Assembly (NCBI GenBank): GCA_039811685.1
Contig: JBDHZC010000006.1
Coordinates: forward strand, 129,128 to 193,127
Reading direction: 5' to 3'
Source of the DNA: Armatimonadota bacterium
Lineage (GTDB): Bacteria > Armatimonadota > UBA5829 > DSUL01
Length of the DNA stretch: 64,000 nt
Shown here piece by piece: positions 9,926 through 20,000 of this stretch (within the stretch, counting starts at the first letter, position 1; each line of letters opens with the position of its first letter). The notes under the pieces were generated by a model. That model saw only the letters and a program-made list of their open reading frames with translations. It was not told where the DNA came from and searched no databases. A program made the position numbers and the translations under genes.

Positions 9926-10510
9926 ATGAACGAGCACGAAGCGCGTTTGATTGAGCGCTGCAAGTTGCGTGACGCAGCGGCCTATAACGAGCTCTACAGC
10001 CTTTACGAGCGCAAGATGTACAACTTTGCGCTGCGTATGAGCGGCAATCCGGATGATGCGGAAGACATCGTTCAGGAGACGTTCATCCGGGTGTTCAACG
10101 CAATTCAGAACTTTCGGGGCGAGGCGAACTTCTCGACGTGGGTTTTCAGAATCGCTAACAATGTTTTTCTGGATATGCGGAAAAAAGCCAAGGCGCATCC
10201 GCAGACATCCCTGCAGGACGCATTGGAACTGGAAGAGTCCGAGGTAACGCGCCAGATTGAAGACCCGTCGCCGCAGCCTCAGGATGTGGCGCAGCAGGCG
10301 GAGTTGAACCGGATCATGCAGAGGGCTATCAACTCTCTGCCGGACTACCAGAAGACGATGGTCATTCTCTATCACACGCAGAACAAATCGTATGAAGAGA
10401 TCGCCGAAATAATGAATCTACCCATAGGGACGGTTAAGAGCCGGCTCAACCGGGCGAGGATTGCACTCAAATCTAAATTGCAGCCCATCCGGGAACTTTT
10501 CGAACAATAG
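9926..10510 (+). CDS. ECF sigma factor (SigW/RpoE-like)
   Basis: DAEDIVQETF, FSTWVFRIA and SYEEIAEIMNLPIGTVKSRLNRAR motifs. Confidence 0.95.
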   Translation: MNEHEARLIERCKLRDAAAYNELYSLYERKMYNFALRMSGNPDDAEDIVQETFIRVFNAIQNFRGEANFSTWVFRIANNVFLDMRKKAKAHPQTSLQDALELEESEVTRQIEDPSPQPQDVAQQAELNRIMQRAINSLPDYQKTMVILYHTQNKSYEEIAEIMNLPIGTVKSRLNRARIALKSKLQPIRELFEQ

Positions 10511-10518
10511 CGTAGTCA
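10492..10518 (+). promoter_or_regulatory. Candidate sigmaE-like promoter at the 3' end of the ECF gene driving the anti-sigma gene
   Basis: GGAACTT-N16-GTCA. Confidence 0.5.
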
Positions 10519-10637
10519 CCTAATGGATAAAGACGACGAGACCAGGCGGCGGAAGAGCTATGTCCCTTTGCCGACCTGCGCAGTTTGGGCATGGCTGGCC
10601 GTGATGGCATGCTCAGATAAGGTTTAGACTTCGCAAG

Positions 10638-11600
10638 ATGAAATGTGAGACAGCCAGAGAACATTTTTCGGAACTGGTTGAGGGCTCAATCGACCAGACT
10701 TTGAAGTTTGCGATCGAGTCACACCTCGGCGCGTGTCCTGGTTGTACTCAGGAGTTCGAGAGTTTCGGACAGACTTGGAGCGTCCTGGAGGCTCTGCCCT
10801 CGTTCGAGCCGCCTCCTTATCTTCGGCATCGCGTGATGGATGCGGTATTCACGCAACCGGAACAGACCCGGGCCTCCCGGTCTATCTGGGACCGGCTCCG
10901 CGAGGGCTTCTTTGCTCCGTCCACTATGGGACGCAGACTGGCGTGGAGTGGCGCGGCGCTTGCTGCAGCTCTGGTTGTTGGCGCTGGCGCGCTGACGATG
11001 CACATTCCCGGAGGTACGGTCGCGACGGGAGTGGTGCCCATTCCCGGACAGGTAAGCCGGGTTGGGCTTGCCGCAGTTGACGTCACTCCGCAGTGGCAGG
11101 GCAACGACTGGGCGCTGGCAATCTCCGGGCCATCTGAGTTGATCGGCGTGCGGGTGTTCCCCGCGGAAGAAGGCTGGAATCCGGCGTCTCTCGCTTCTTC
11201 TTCGCCGGTGAGTGAGTTGCGGCTGGCGACGGGCATGGATTTCCGCAACAGCACGGTTTTGAAGCCACACCTGTCGCCTGTGGAGAGCGGCGTGAGTGTA
11301 GCGGTCCTGCAGTTTCATTCCGGTGGGATGAGCCGCCACATTGCAGTGTTTCTGCCCGAGCGTCCTCGCAGTATTGCCCAGGCTGTGGCTCAAGGTGTAA
11401 GCGTTCGTCCGCTGGAGGAAGCGCTGCTGCAGATTTCGCGAGACTATCAGGTGGCAATCGTGGCTGATACGGGGTTCTCTGCGACGGTGACTGTGCGGGG
11501 AGGCGCCAGCGCAGAGAAAACGCTGGAGAGTATTGCGCAGCAGGCTCGGATGGAGTATCAGAGCCTGGGAGGCGGCGCATTCCGCCTTACCAAGATTTAG
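10638..11600 (+). CDS. zf-HC2 anti-sigma factor with periplasmic FecR-C/STN-like domain
   Basis: HLGACPGC motif, TM segment and C-terminal 'PLEEALLQISRDYQVAIVAD...AEKTLESIAQQ'. Confidence 0.82.
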   Translation: MKCETAREHFSELVEGSIDQTLKFAIESHLGACPGCTQEFESFGQTWSVLEALPSFEPPPYLRHRVMDAVFTQPEQTRASRSIWDRLREGFFAPSTMGRRLAWSGAALAAALVVGAGALTMHIPGGTVATGVVPIPGQVSRVGLAAVDVTPQWQGNDWALAISGPSELIGVRVFPAEEGWNPASLASSSPVSELRLATGMDFRNSTVLKPHLSPVESGVSVAVLQFHSGGMSRHIAVFLPERPRSIAQAVAQGVSVRPLEEALLQISRDYQVAIVADTGFSATVTVRGGASAEKTLESIAQQARMEYQSLGGGAFRLTKI

Positions 11601-11630
11601 GCGAACAAACAAAGAGTGCAGAGTATGGCA

Positions 11631-11673
11631 CGGCTGGTCCAGCGCTCAGGCGCAGGGCCGGCCGTTTTTGTTT
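11631..11673 (+). terminator. Intrinsic terminator
   Basis: GC-rich stem CGGCTGGTCC...GGGCCGGCCG followed by TTTTTGTTT. Confidence 0.65.
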
Positions 11674-11794
11674 GTGATAAAAGCTGCAGCGTAAGCGGGG
11701 AGAGTAGAGAGACTGGGACAGGCTTCTGACTCTGGGAACTGCTGAGTGGGTTGTGTCATCATCCGCGCGGGCAGGAGCATGCCATAATAAAGGG

Positions 11795-12829
11795 ATGGAA
11801 CTCATCGGCCAGACAACCGGGGAGCTTGAGCAAATTGTCCGTGAGATGGGACACCCGGCCTACCGTGGACGGCAGCTAGCTGAGTGGATATATAAGCGCG
11901 CAGCGCGCTCTACTGAGGAGATGATCAATCTTCCAGAAGCTTTGCGCGCCCAGATACGCGAGCGCTTTACGCACCCGTTGACAAACGCAGTGGAAGCTCT
12001 GAGATCGGATGACGGAGCCGTCAAATATCTGGTGGAGCTCTGCGACGGGAACCGCGTCGAAAGCGTTTATCTCCCGTACGAAGACAGAACGTCCGTCTGC
12101 ATCTCGACAGAAGTCGGCTGTGCGATGAACTGTGCGTTCTGCGCGACAGGCATAGGCGGTCTCACACGCAACCTCTCAGCCGGTGAGATGGTGGATCAGG
12201 TGCTGCTGGCGCAGGCGGATCAGAAGCAGCGCATTTCGCACGTGGTGTATATGGGCATGGGCGAACCACTGGCCAACTACACGCAGACGGTCAAGAGCCT
12301 GCGCCTTCTGACTGGCGAGCTCGGTATTTCCGCGCGCCACCTCACCCTCAGCACTGTTGGACTCGCTCCGGCGATCCGCCAGCTTGCCGATGAAGGGTTG
12401 CCAATAACTCTGGCGGTTTCTATCCACGCTCCGGACGACGCGCTGCGGGCACAGATCATGCCCATTGCCCGGACGCACTCTATGGATGAGCTGCTGGATG
12501 CGTGCCGCTACTGGATTGAGAAGACGCACAGGAAGATCACCTTTGAGTACCTGCTGCTGGAAAACGTCAACGACTCTCCTGAGCAGGCGCGCGATCTTGC
12601 CAGGCGCCTGAAATCTCTTCTGGCGAATGTCAACATCATTCCCTACAACTTTGTCGAAGGGCGTGGAGACTTCCACCGCCCGAAGCGCCAGCGCATTGAT
12701 GCCTTCAAGCGGGAACTGGAGCAGCAGCAAATAAACGTAACTGAACGTATGCGCCGAGGCAACACAATCAATGCTGCCTGTGGTCAGCTAAGACACGAGT
12801 CTGAGAAAGGACGTAAGATTTCGGCGTGA
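11795..12829 (+). CDS. rlmN: 23S rRNA m2A2503 / tRNA A37 radical SAM methyltransferase RlmN
   Basis: CAMNCAFC, MGMGEP, STVG and AACGQL motifs. Confidence 0.95.
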   Translation: MELIGQTTGELEQIVREMGHPAYRGRQLAEWIYKRAARSTEEMINLPEALRAQIRERFTHPLTNAVEALRSDDGAVKYLVELCDGNRVESVYLPYEDRTSVCISTEVGCAMNCAFCATGIGGLTRNLSAGEMVDQVLLAQADQKQRISHVVYMGMGEPLANYTQTVKSLRLLTGELGISARHLTLSTVGLAPAIRQLADEGLPITLAVSIHAPDDALRAQIMPIARTHSMDELLDACRYWIEKTHRKITFEYLLLENVNDSPEQARDLARRLKSLLANVNIIPYNFVEGRGDFHRPKRQRIDAFKRELEQQQINVTERMRRGNTINAACGQLRHESEKGRKISA

Positions 12830-12853
12830 GAAAGCCCTGCCACCCAGAGATGA

Positions 12854-14095
12854 ATGCCGGCGGACAAACAGGCTCCGCTCAAGATACGTACACTGCGGAA
12901 TAATACAAGCAAGATGATTGACAGTGCCCAGATAAAAACCAAACGCCAACCCAGTGCAGGATTTATTCCGCAGGAAGAAACGCTGCTGTTTCACTTGAAG
13001 CGCGGAATGGATGCGTGGCAGGCGCAGGTTGGCCGGCAGGGCGTCGAGATGACGGAGACGCTGCGGGAGCTTGTCTGGGAACTTGTTTCTCTGTGCGGTG
13101 AAGCGGTGGAAGAGGGTTGTGAGCGTCCTCCGCGCGACGCATACCGCCTGTCAGCCGACATCGGCCGGCGCATTACCGGGAAAATGCAGCAGCGAGAAGC
13201 TGTCGAAATCTTTCGCGATCAGCTCCTGCGCTGCATCCTCAACGAGTTGTCCGAGTACGAAGCCACCATCCCATGCGTCCAGACCTTCTTTTTTGCCGTC
13301 GGAGACGCGATCTGGGAAAGCTACGCGGAACAGTTGCGCCGAAACCTGAGGCAGGAGAAACGCCAGCGCCTGAGCGAGCAGCTAAAAGTAGCCAAACGTA
13401 TCCAACAGCACCTGCTGCCCAAGACCATTCCAGTCATTCCCGGTTTTGACTTCGCGGGCCGTCTGCGTCCGGCGGAAGAGGTCGGCGGTGACTACTGGAG
13501 CATCAAGTACTACGAGCAGGACGGCGTGGTTACGATGAAGCTGGCGGACATCACCGGGCACGGTCTGGCGGCGGGCACGCTTGTCGCCGCAGTAAAGTTT
13601 ATCTCCGGGGGGTTCTACCGCGGGGCTACCAGTCCTGCGGACGTTATGGAGCGCACAAACCGCGTGCTCTTCAAAGAGACTCCAAGCGATATTCTGGTAA
13701 CGATGATTTACGGCTGGCTCTACCCAAAGACACGGCGGCTTCGGCTGGTCAACGCGGGTCATTTTCCGGTTTTCATTGCCAGAGAAGCCGGATTCACCGA
13801 TATACCGCCAACCGGGAGCCTGCTGGGGCTGCACGAGACCGAGTACGGGGAAATCGAGGAGACGCTAAATCCGGGAGACATCCTTGTCTTCAGCTCTGAC
13901 GGCATCATCGAGTCCGGCCTGGACAGGCCCTTTGGCGCAGACAGGCTGAAAGAAGTGGTGTGGGCAAATCGAGCGCTGAGCGCCGGACAGATTGCGGATT
14001 CGGTGATTGACGCAGTGCTCAGCTACGCGAGCTCTCCAACAGACGACCTTTCAGTAGTGGTTATCAAAGGCGTCGAAGATAAGGTCAACGTCTGA
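12854..14095 (+). CDS. SpoIIE/RsbU-like PP2C phosphatase with helical N-terminal domain
   Basis: IQQHLLP, EVGGDY, ADITGHG, NAGH, SDGIIE and DDLS motifs. The start may be at 12914. Confidence 0.9.
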   Translation: MPADKQAPLKIRTLRNNTSKMIDSAQIKTKRQPSAGFIPQEETLLFHLKRGMDAWQAQVGRQGVEMTETLRELVWELVSLCGEAVEEGCERPPRDAYRLSADIGRRITGKMQQREAVEIFRDQLLRCILNELSEYEATIPCVQTFFFAVGDAIWESYAEQLRRNLRQEKRQRLSEQLKVAKRIQQHLLPKTIPVIPGFDFAGRLRPAEEVGGDYWSIKYYEQDGVVTMKLADITGHGLAAGTLVAAVKFISGGFYRGATSPADVMERTNRVLFKETPSDILVTMIYGWLYPKTRRLRLVNAGHFPVFIAREAGFTDIPPTGSLLGLHETEYGEIEETLNPGDILVFSSDGIIESGLDRPFGADRLKEVVWANRALSAGQIADSVIDAVLSYASSPTDDLSVVVIKGVEDKVNV

Positions 14096-14102
14096 GATCA
14101 CC

Positions 14103-14783
14103 TCACACGACGGCTGATATCTCTTTCTTCAAGTCTTCGAATATCTCCGTGACAGACCTGCTGGCGTCAATAGTGACAAAATCATACTCCTTCGCCATTC
14201 GATCCAGTTCGTGAGAGATTCTGGACTGGTACGTCCGAAAGCTGTCGTAAAGATTGTCGGCGATACCCATGTCCATCCCTGACTCCCAGAAATCGAAGCC
14301 GCCGCCAGAGATAACGCGCGGGACCAGGTCGTCCACGCCAATCCGCAGGTACAACACAAGATCGGGCACTAACGCAAAGCCGTACACCCGCCTCAGCCAC
14401 TCCGGGTCTGCGCCGCGCACTATGTCGCGCGCGAAGATCGAATACATGTACCTGTCCGATAGAACGTAGAACCCGGCTCGTAGCGCCGGAATGATCTGAT
14501 TCTCCAGCCGATCCGCGAAGTCTGTCGCATAGAACAGGCTCATGGTAGTCTTGTTGAGAGTGTGCCCGGACCTCCCCTGCTCCAGACCCTTCTGCGTGAG
14601 TTGAGACCGGCGAAAGCCCGTATTGGACACACCATGTCCTTCGCTCTCCAGCCATGCGGAGAGCAGGCCAATCTGTGTAGATCGGCCGACGCCATCGGGC
14701 CCCTCAACGACAAACAGCTTGCCCGGCATGTCGGGTATCTTCCGGTACGGAAGCCCCACACCGTAGAATCTTGAAGACGTCAT
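14103..14783 (-). CDS. Thymidylate kinase-like protein (second paralog, P-loop GPDGVGRST)
   Basis: VVEGPDGVGRST, DFADRLE and SDRY motifs. Confidence 0.85.
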   Translation of the reverse strand: MTSSRFYGVGLPYRKIPDMPGKLFVVEGPDGVGRSTQIGLLSAWLESEGHGVSNTGFRRSQLTQKGLEQGRSGHTLNKTTMSLFYATDFADRLENQIIPALRAGFYVLSDRYMYSIFARDIVRGADPEWLRRVYGFALVPDLVLYLRIGVDDLVPRVISGGGFDFWESGMDMGIADNLYDSFRTYQSRISHELDRMAKEYDFVTIDASRSVTEIFEDLKKEISAVV

Positions 14784-15520
14784 ACTGTCTGAGCCTCCAA
14801 CCAGTCCCGCCGCAGACCGTGATAACTCACCAGCATCTCATCCACAACGCAGCGCATCTGTGTCTGCTGCTCTTCAATAGGCCGGCTTCCGTCCATAACG
14901 GTGAATCCGAACTCTGAGGTCATCTGATCATATTCACTGAGGATGCGTTGTTGAAACAGCTTGAAGCTCTCGACCTCATCATTGGAAAGACCCAGATCCA
15001 TGCCAGCTTCGTAATACTTCAGCTTGGGACGCCCCACCAGAATTCGCTCAATAGAGACGCTGAGAGGAACCCGGAAGTAGAAGGAAAGATCCGGGCGCGG
15101 GGCAAACGAGTAAAGGTCACGCACCCACTGACGGTCGACTCCGCGAGCCGCATCGCGGGCAAACGCGGTAAACGCATAGCGATCGGCCAGGACGATCACG
15201 CCTGCCTTCAGCAGAGGCGCAATGTGGTTGACCAGCCGATCCGCGAAGTCTGTAGCGTGAATAAGACTGAAGGTAGCAGGAGTGAGCAGCCTCTTCTTCT
15301 TTCCCAGTGACGTTGTGCTCTTTACCATGGGGGATGAGTTCCACTCGCTGAGCGAGACTGTGTAGCCCCTGGATAGAAGATATTTGTGAAGCAGCAAAAG
15401 CTGCGTGCTCTTACCCGATCCGTCAATACCTTCGACGATAATCAGCCGGCCGGGATAGCTATGACTGTCCATACTCATCCTGTCGGAGAAATTCCGCAGC
15501 TTCGTTAGCGGTGTTTTCAA
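14780..15520 (-). CDS. tmk: Thymidylate kinase (first paralog)
   Basis: VEGIDGSGKST, DFADRL and ADRY motifs. The start may be at 15478. Confidence 0.85.
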   Translation of the reverse strand: MKTPLTKLRNFSDRMSMDSHSYPGRLIIVEGIDGSGKSTQLLLLHKYLLSRGYTVSLSEWNSSPMVKSTTSLGKKKRLLTPATFSLIHATDFADRLVNHIAPLLKAGVIVLADRYAFTAFARDAARGVDRQWVRDLYSFAPRPDLSFYFRVPLSVSIERILVGRPKLKYYEAGMDLGLSNDEVESFKLFQQRILSEYDQMTSEFGFTVMDGSRPIEEQQTQMRCVVDEMLVSYHGLRRDWLEAQTV

Positions 15521-15611
15521 GTGTTGTGGGACCGGCGGCTATGATCACTCGCCGGAACCCGTGGGGAACAGCAGACATGCGGATGCAACAGCTTATCCCA
15601 AGGAGCCAGTC

Positions 15612-16337
15612 TTGAGTCTAACCGGAAAAACAGCCATTGTCACCGGAGCCGGAAGAGGCATAGGCGCCGCCACCGCCATAGCTCTGGCCGGCAGAAATGT
15701 TGCCGTTTCTCTGCTCGCCCGAACGCCCAATGAAATTACGGACGTTGTAAAAACAATCACCGCTGGCGGTGGCCAGGCACAGCCCGTCCGCTGTGATGTT
15801 ACCCTGGAACAGCAGGTCCAAAAAGCCTTTGACCAGCACGAAGAGAAGTATGGGCGCACGGACATAGTCATCAACAATGCGGGCGCTCTGATTTTGAAAT
15901 CCATTACGGCAACTTCACTTGAGGAGTGGGAAGATGTTCTGCGCGTCAATCTGACAGGGGCATTTCTCGTAGCCAGAGAGGCGCTTCGACGGATGGGCGG
16001 GCGCGGAGGGACGCTGATCAACGTTGGTTCGATGGCAGGGCGGCGCGGCTATGCGGAGCAAAGCGCCTACTGCGCGTCCAAGCATGGGTTGGCCGGACTG
16101 ACCAAGGTGCTGGCCATCGAGGGTCAACCCAAAGGCGTGAGGGTGCATCTGGTTTCTCCCGGCGGAGTGATGACGGATCTATCAAAGGAGCTGCGCGCGT
16201 CGCGCAACGCAAATGCGGATGAATGGATGAGTCCTGCGGAAGTGGCTGATGCCATCGTGTTCTGCGCTATGCAGACAGGTGTCGCCGTGTCGGACGAAGT
16301 GGCGCTTCGGCGTTTTCAGTCCGAGCCCTGGAGATGA
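15612..16337 (+). CDS. Short-chain dehydrogenase/reductase
   Basis: TGAGRGIG, NNAG and YCASK motifs. TTG start with AAGGAG RBS. Confidence 0.92.
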   Translation: MSLTGKTAIVTGAGRGIGAATAIALAGRNVAVSLLARTPNEITDVVKTITAGGGQAQPVRCDVTLEQQVQKAFDQHEEKYGRTDIVINNAGALILKSITATSLEEWEDVLRVNLTGAFLVAREALRRMGGRGGTLINVGSMAGRRGYAEQSAYCASKHGLAGLTKVLAIEGQPKGVRVHLVSPGGVMTDLSKELRASRNANADEWMSPAEVADAIVFCAMQTGVAVSDEVALRRFQSEPWR

Positions 16338-16508
16338 GCTTCTACGCTTTTCTTAAGGGGAAGACCTGATTTTTCGGGAGCTTGAGCCTCGGCGCCCTTT
16401 GCGGCGTTTGAGTCAGGCTTGCGAAGCCTGTATAATAAAGACGCCAGACCGTGTCGAGACACGCAATGGTTCGAGACTCATCACTGTGGAGGAGGATGGA
16501 GAAGCTAC

Positions 16509-17699
16509 GTGGCTCTGCGAAATCCGCTGGCTACAAAGAACTTTCCAGTTGCGACCTACAGCCTTATAGCCTTCAACGTACTGCTGTGGTGGGGGTTGCT
16601 CGGGAGCAATATGCAGGACGAGATTTTTCCTGCGTACGCTCTGACGCCCCGGGATCCCGGGCTGTTGCAGATGTTCACGTCCATGTTTCTGCATCAGGGA
16701 TTCGGCCATCTCGCGGGAAACATGTTCTTCCTGTGGCTGTTTGGACGCAGGATCGAACTCGCGCTCGGGTCTGTTGAGTTTCTGATCTTCTACATTGGAA
16801 GCGGCTTTGCCGCCTCCATTATGCACCTCGCCATTGTCTTCGCCTTCCTGCCACCAGACGCTAAAACGCAGCATGTCGTCGGCGCTTCCGGCGCGATCGC
16901 CGGCATTCTCGGTGTCTATGCCATCCGCTATTACCGGGACTCTTTCAACCTGGGCGGCGTGCGGGTACCGGCATCCGTACTTCTGCTGGGCTGGCTTATG
17001 ATGCAGATGGTGCTCGGGATTTTGAGCCTTTACGTCCCGGAGATCAACCTGGGCATTGTGAAGCCACAGCTTGCCAGTATTGGTTACTGGGCGCACCTGG
17101 GCGGTTTCATCTTCGGAATGGGCTTTGCGCAAATGAGCCAGCTTGGACTGGAGGCGCGCAAAGAGTATCTGTTGTCCGATGCGCAGGAAGGCATGCGCCG
17201 CGGCACGCTGATGGATGTGGCGCGAGACTATGAAGAGTTGCTCGAGTGCGACCCGGAAGACCCGTTTGCCTACGCCGAACTTGGGCGCACGTGGTCTCTG
17301 CTGGGCGATCCGGAACAGGCTATCCCGTATTACGAGAAGGCTATCCGGCTGTACCTGACTGAGGACCGGACTGACCTGGCTGTGGAGCGCTTTCGGGAAA
17401 TGCGCGCGAGTTGGCCCGAGGCCATCCTGAGTCTCAAGCTACATTTTCGGATGGGGTGCAAGCTGGAAGAGATCGGTGAGTACGAAGAGGCTGTCACCGT
17501 TCTGGAACAGTTGTCCCACGCTGAAGCGCGCTCTGCGGAAGGGGAGATGGCGGCGCTGCGAGTGGGAGAGATCTATTTGTCCCGTCTACACCGCACGGAC
17601 GCTGCGATATCCGCCTTCAGGCGCTTTCTCCGCCTTTACCCCGACAGCCAATGGGCGCACTTTGCGGAGCAGTCACTCAACAAAGCCGGAGCTGAGTGA
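16509..17699 (+). CDS. Rhomboid intramembrane serine protease with C-terminal TPRs
   Basis: SMFLH...HLAGNM, GASGA (Ser) and AHLGG (His) motifs, followed by TPR repeats. The start is uncertain (16419 or 16509). Confidence 0.9.
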   Translation: MALRNPLATKNFPVATYSLIAFNVLLWWGLLGSNMQDEIFPAYALTPRDPGLLQMFTSMFLHQGFGHLAGNMFFLWLFGRRIELALGSVEFLIFYIGSGFAASIMHLAIVFAFLPPDAKTQHVVGASGAIAGILGVYAIRYYRDSFNLGGVRVPASVLLLGWLMMQMVLGILSLYVPEINLGIVKPQLASIGYWAHLGGFIFGMGFAQMSQLGLEARKEYLLSDAQEGMRRGTLMDVARDYEELLECDPEDPFAYAELGRTWSLLGDPEQAIPYYEKAIRLYLTEDRTDLAVERFREMRASWPEAILSLKLHFRMGCKLEEIGEYEEAVTVLEQLSHAEARSAEGEMAALRVGEIYLSRLHRTDAAISAFRRFLRLYPDSQWAHFAEQSLNKAGAE

Positions 17700-17850
17700 G
17701 GCTGCGAGGCGCGCTGCTGGCAGGTTCCTCCTGACCATCTTTCGCGTAGAACGCTCATCAGACGCCAGCGCCTCTTTTCTGTAGCAGTGCGCCTGACTTC
17801 CATGCGGACTCGCAGGAGATTTTTCAGCGCAGGACTAAGCGGCTGACACG

Positions 17851-18657
17851 ATGTCAACAGAAGTCTCTCAGCACAGTGTTCTTCAACAGGTTCAGGACAC
17901 TCTGGACGCGTGTGGCGGCAGATGGTCAATAGCCGCAACTAATCTCTCTACCGGCGAAGAGGTGGCCGTCAGGGCAGATGAGACCTACTCCGCCGCCAGT
18001 GTGATTAAGACCTTTTTGTTGGGAGCGTTGCTGGGTGCGCGGGATGAGCGCCGGCTGGAGCTTTCGGACAAGGCGCGTCTGATGCCAGAAGACGTTGTGG
18101 GTGGCTCTGGAATTCTCTGTGAGCTGGAACCCGGGCACGAGTTCACCCTGCTGGAATTAGCCACGCTCATGATCGTGCTGAGCGACAACACTGCCACAAA
18201 TATGGTGATTGAAGCCGTGAGCCTGCCCTACATCGAGAGCTTCCTCGAGAGCAGCGGATTTTCACACACGAAGCTGCAGCGTAAGCTCTTCGATATGGAA
18301 GCCCGGGCGGCAGGAAGAGACAATCTGATTACGGCGCGTGAATCCGCGCTCATTTTTCAGAAGATCAAAGCGCACACGCTCACGCCCCTGTCGCCAGACT
18401 CATGCGAGTTAGCGCTCAATATTCTCCGGCGTCAGCAGCACAAGAACAAACTGCCGCACCTGCTGCCAAAGGACGCCATCGTCGCCAACAAACCCGGTTG
18501 GCTGGATGACGCCAGCCACGACGCGGGACTGGTGGAGTGCCCGAGTGGCTGCGTTTTCAGCCTGGCTATTCTTACGGCAGACTGGAACGATTCGGTCCAG
18601 GTGGAAAGCGCTATCGCTCACGCTTCCAGGGCGATTTACGACTACTTCGCGAGCTGA
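17851..18657 (+). CDS. Class A beta-lactamase-like serine hydrolase (no signal peptide)
   Basis: ASVIK, SDN and KPG motifs. Confidence 0.85.
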   Translation: MSTEVSQHSVLQQVQDTLDACGGRWSIAATNLSTGEEVAVRADETYSAASVIKTFLLGALLGARDERRLELSDKARLMPEDVVGGSGILCELEPGHEFTLLELATLMIVLSDNTATNMVIEAVSLPYIESFLESSGFSHTKLQRKLFDMEARAAGRDNLITARESALIFQKIKAHTLTPLSPDSCELALNILRRQQHKNKLPHLLPKDAIVANKPGWLDDASHDAGLVECPSGCVFSLAILTADWNDSVQVESAIAHASRAIYDYFAS

Positions 18658-20000
18658 CTCGTACCGGCGGACTCGACAGCCCTGCGGCGCACGCCGCCGG
18701 TCTGAATATGTTCGAGCACTTCAGCAGCCGCCTTTTCTCCCAGATCAACTGCAAAGTTCGTGCCCCTGTCCCACGGGTAAACGTGGCTCATACTGGCCCA
18801 GAACAACCCCGCAAGAGGAGTGGAGATGGCCGGGATAGACTGCGAGTGGTTGACTGGAACGATTGGCTGGGCGTATCTTTCCCGGTGCATCCATGCGCCA
18901 AGCAACCAGTCACGATGAAACGCGGGATTTACAGCAGCCAGAGCTGGCAGGAACCGCTCCAGAATCTCTTCGAGAGTCAGAGTGAAGTACTCGTGGTCGG
19001 CAGCGACATAGTCGCCGCAGTAGATCAGGCGCTGGCCGCCGTAATGGTCCGGACTGATGAAGTTGGTGTGCTCTACAACAGCGAGAAAGGGAAACTGACG
19101 CTTGGGAACATTCACCCAGTAGGCTCCGCCGGTAAGCGGACGGTCCAGGGCCAGCGTCACCACCACAGCCCCCAGAGACTGCAGTTGCCTTATCCCGGAG
19201 AGGTAGGCAGTCGGAAGATCCGGAGTCATCCGGCTAAACAACCCTGGAGACGTAGTTGACACCACAGCATCCACAGCATGTGAGTCTGTTCCGGCCCTTA
19301 CCAGCCAGCCGCCATCCGGGCCAGGCCGCAGCTCATCCACCAGCGTCCCCGGGAGCATTCGGGCTCCTTTTTCTTCTGCCGCACCAGCCAGAGCGTCCAC
19401 AAAGGCCTGAAAACCACCGGTGAAGTAACCGAGCCTGGGCGTACGCGCTTTGAATCGCGCCCACAACCAGGCCATGTTGACGTCCTCGTAGCTCTCGCCG
19501 AACTTCCCTTCCAGCAGCGGCTGAAGCAGGGCGTCAGTGGCGCGCGGACCAAACACGCGTCGGCTCCACCGCATAGCGGTAGTCTGCTCCAGAGCGCGCC
19601 AGTTGTTCACAGAGAACTTGAGGTACGCCAGAACGGCTCCAAAGCGCACCCGGTCAACAAGTGGCATTCCCGGGTACTTCAGTACGGCCGAGGGAGAATC
19701 CAGCGGGTACGTTTTTCCATGCCACCACTGCGTCGTCAATGGGCGGCGAAAAAAGAGGTGATCCGAAAAGCCAATCTCCTCCACCAGCCTTCGAATTTCT
19801 TTGTCCGATTCAAAAAGGTGGTGATAGAAGCGCTCGAGCGGCCAGTCCCACGACTTCTGCGTGAACCCGGAGGCCAGCCCTCCCAGAACAGGCGCCGCTT
19901 CGAAGACTGTCACGCTGTGTCCTTTTGACGCGAGGCGGTACGCACAGCTTAGCCCAGCAATTCCTCCGCCGATGACAGCAATTCGCGCGGGAGCGCTCAA
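18642..20000 (-). CDS. FAD-dependent oxidoreductase (protoporphyrinogen oxidase / amine oxidase superfamily)
   Basis: VIGGGIAGL, GGLA, ERFYHH and YPWDRG motifs. Confidence 0.82.
   Translation of the reverse strand: MSAPARIAVIGGGIAGLSCAYRLASKGHSVTVFEAAPVLGGLASGFTQKSWDWPLERFYHHLFESDKEIRRLVEEIGFSDHLFFRRPLTTQWWHGKTYPLDSPSAVLKYPGMPLVDRVRFGAVLAYLKFSVNNWRALEQTTAMRWSRRVFGPRATDALLQPLLEGKFGESYEDVNMAWLWARFKARTPRLGYFTGGFQAFVDALAGAAEEKGARMLPGTLVDELRPGPDGGWLVRAGTDSHAVDAVVSTTSPGLFSRMTPDLPTAYLSGIRQLQSLGAVVVTLALDRPLTGGAYWVNVPKRQFPFLAVVEHTNFISPDHYGGQRLIYCGDYVAADHEYFTLTLEEILERFLPALAAVNPAFHRDWLLGAWMHRERYAQPIVPVNHSQSIPAISTPLAGLFWASMSHVYPWDRGTNFAVDLGEKAAAEVLEHIQTGGVRRRAVESAGTSQLAK

Noticed and set aside
16488..16777. 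Out-of-frame ATG right after GGAGGAGG suggesting a frameshifted rhomboid start
   Set aside because: The ATG has essentially no spacing from the purine run, and an in-frame GTG at 16509 gives an intact rhomboid.
17851..18657. Antibiotic-resistance beta-lactamase
   Set aside because: No signal peptide, KPG instead of KTG, and no clear omega-loop ExxLN. It is better described as a generic serine hydrolase.
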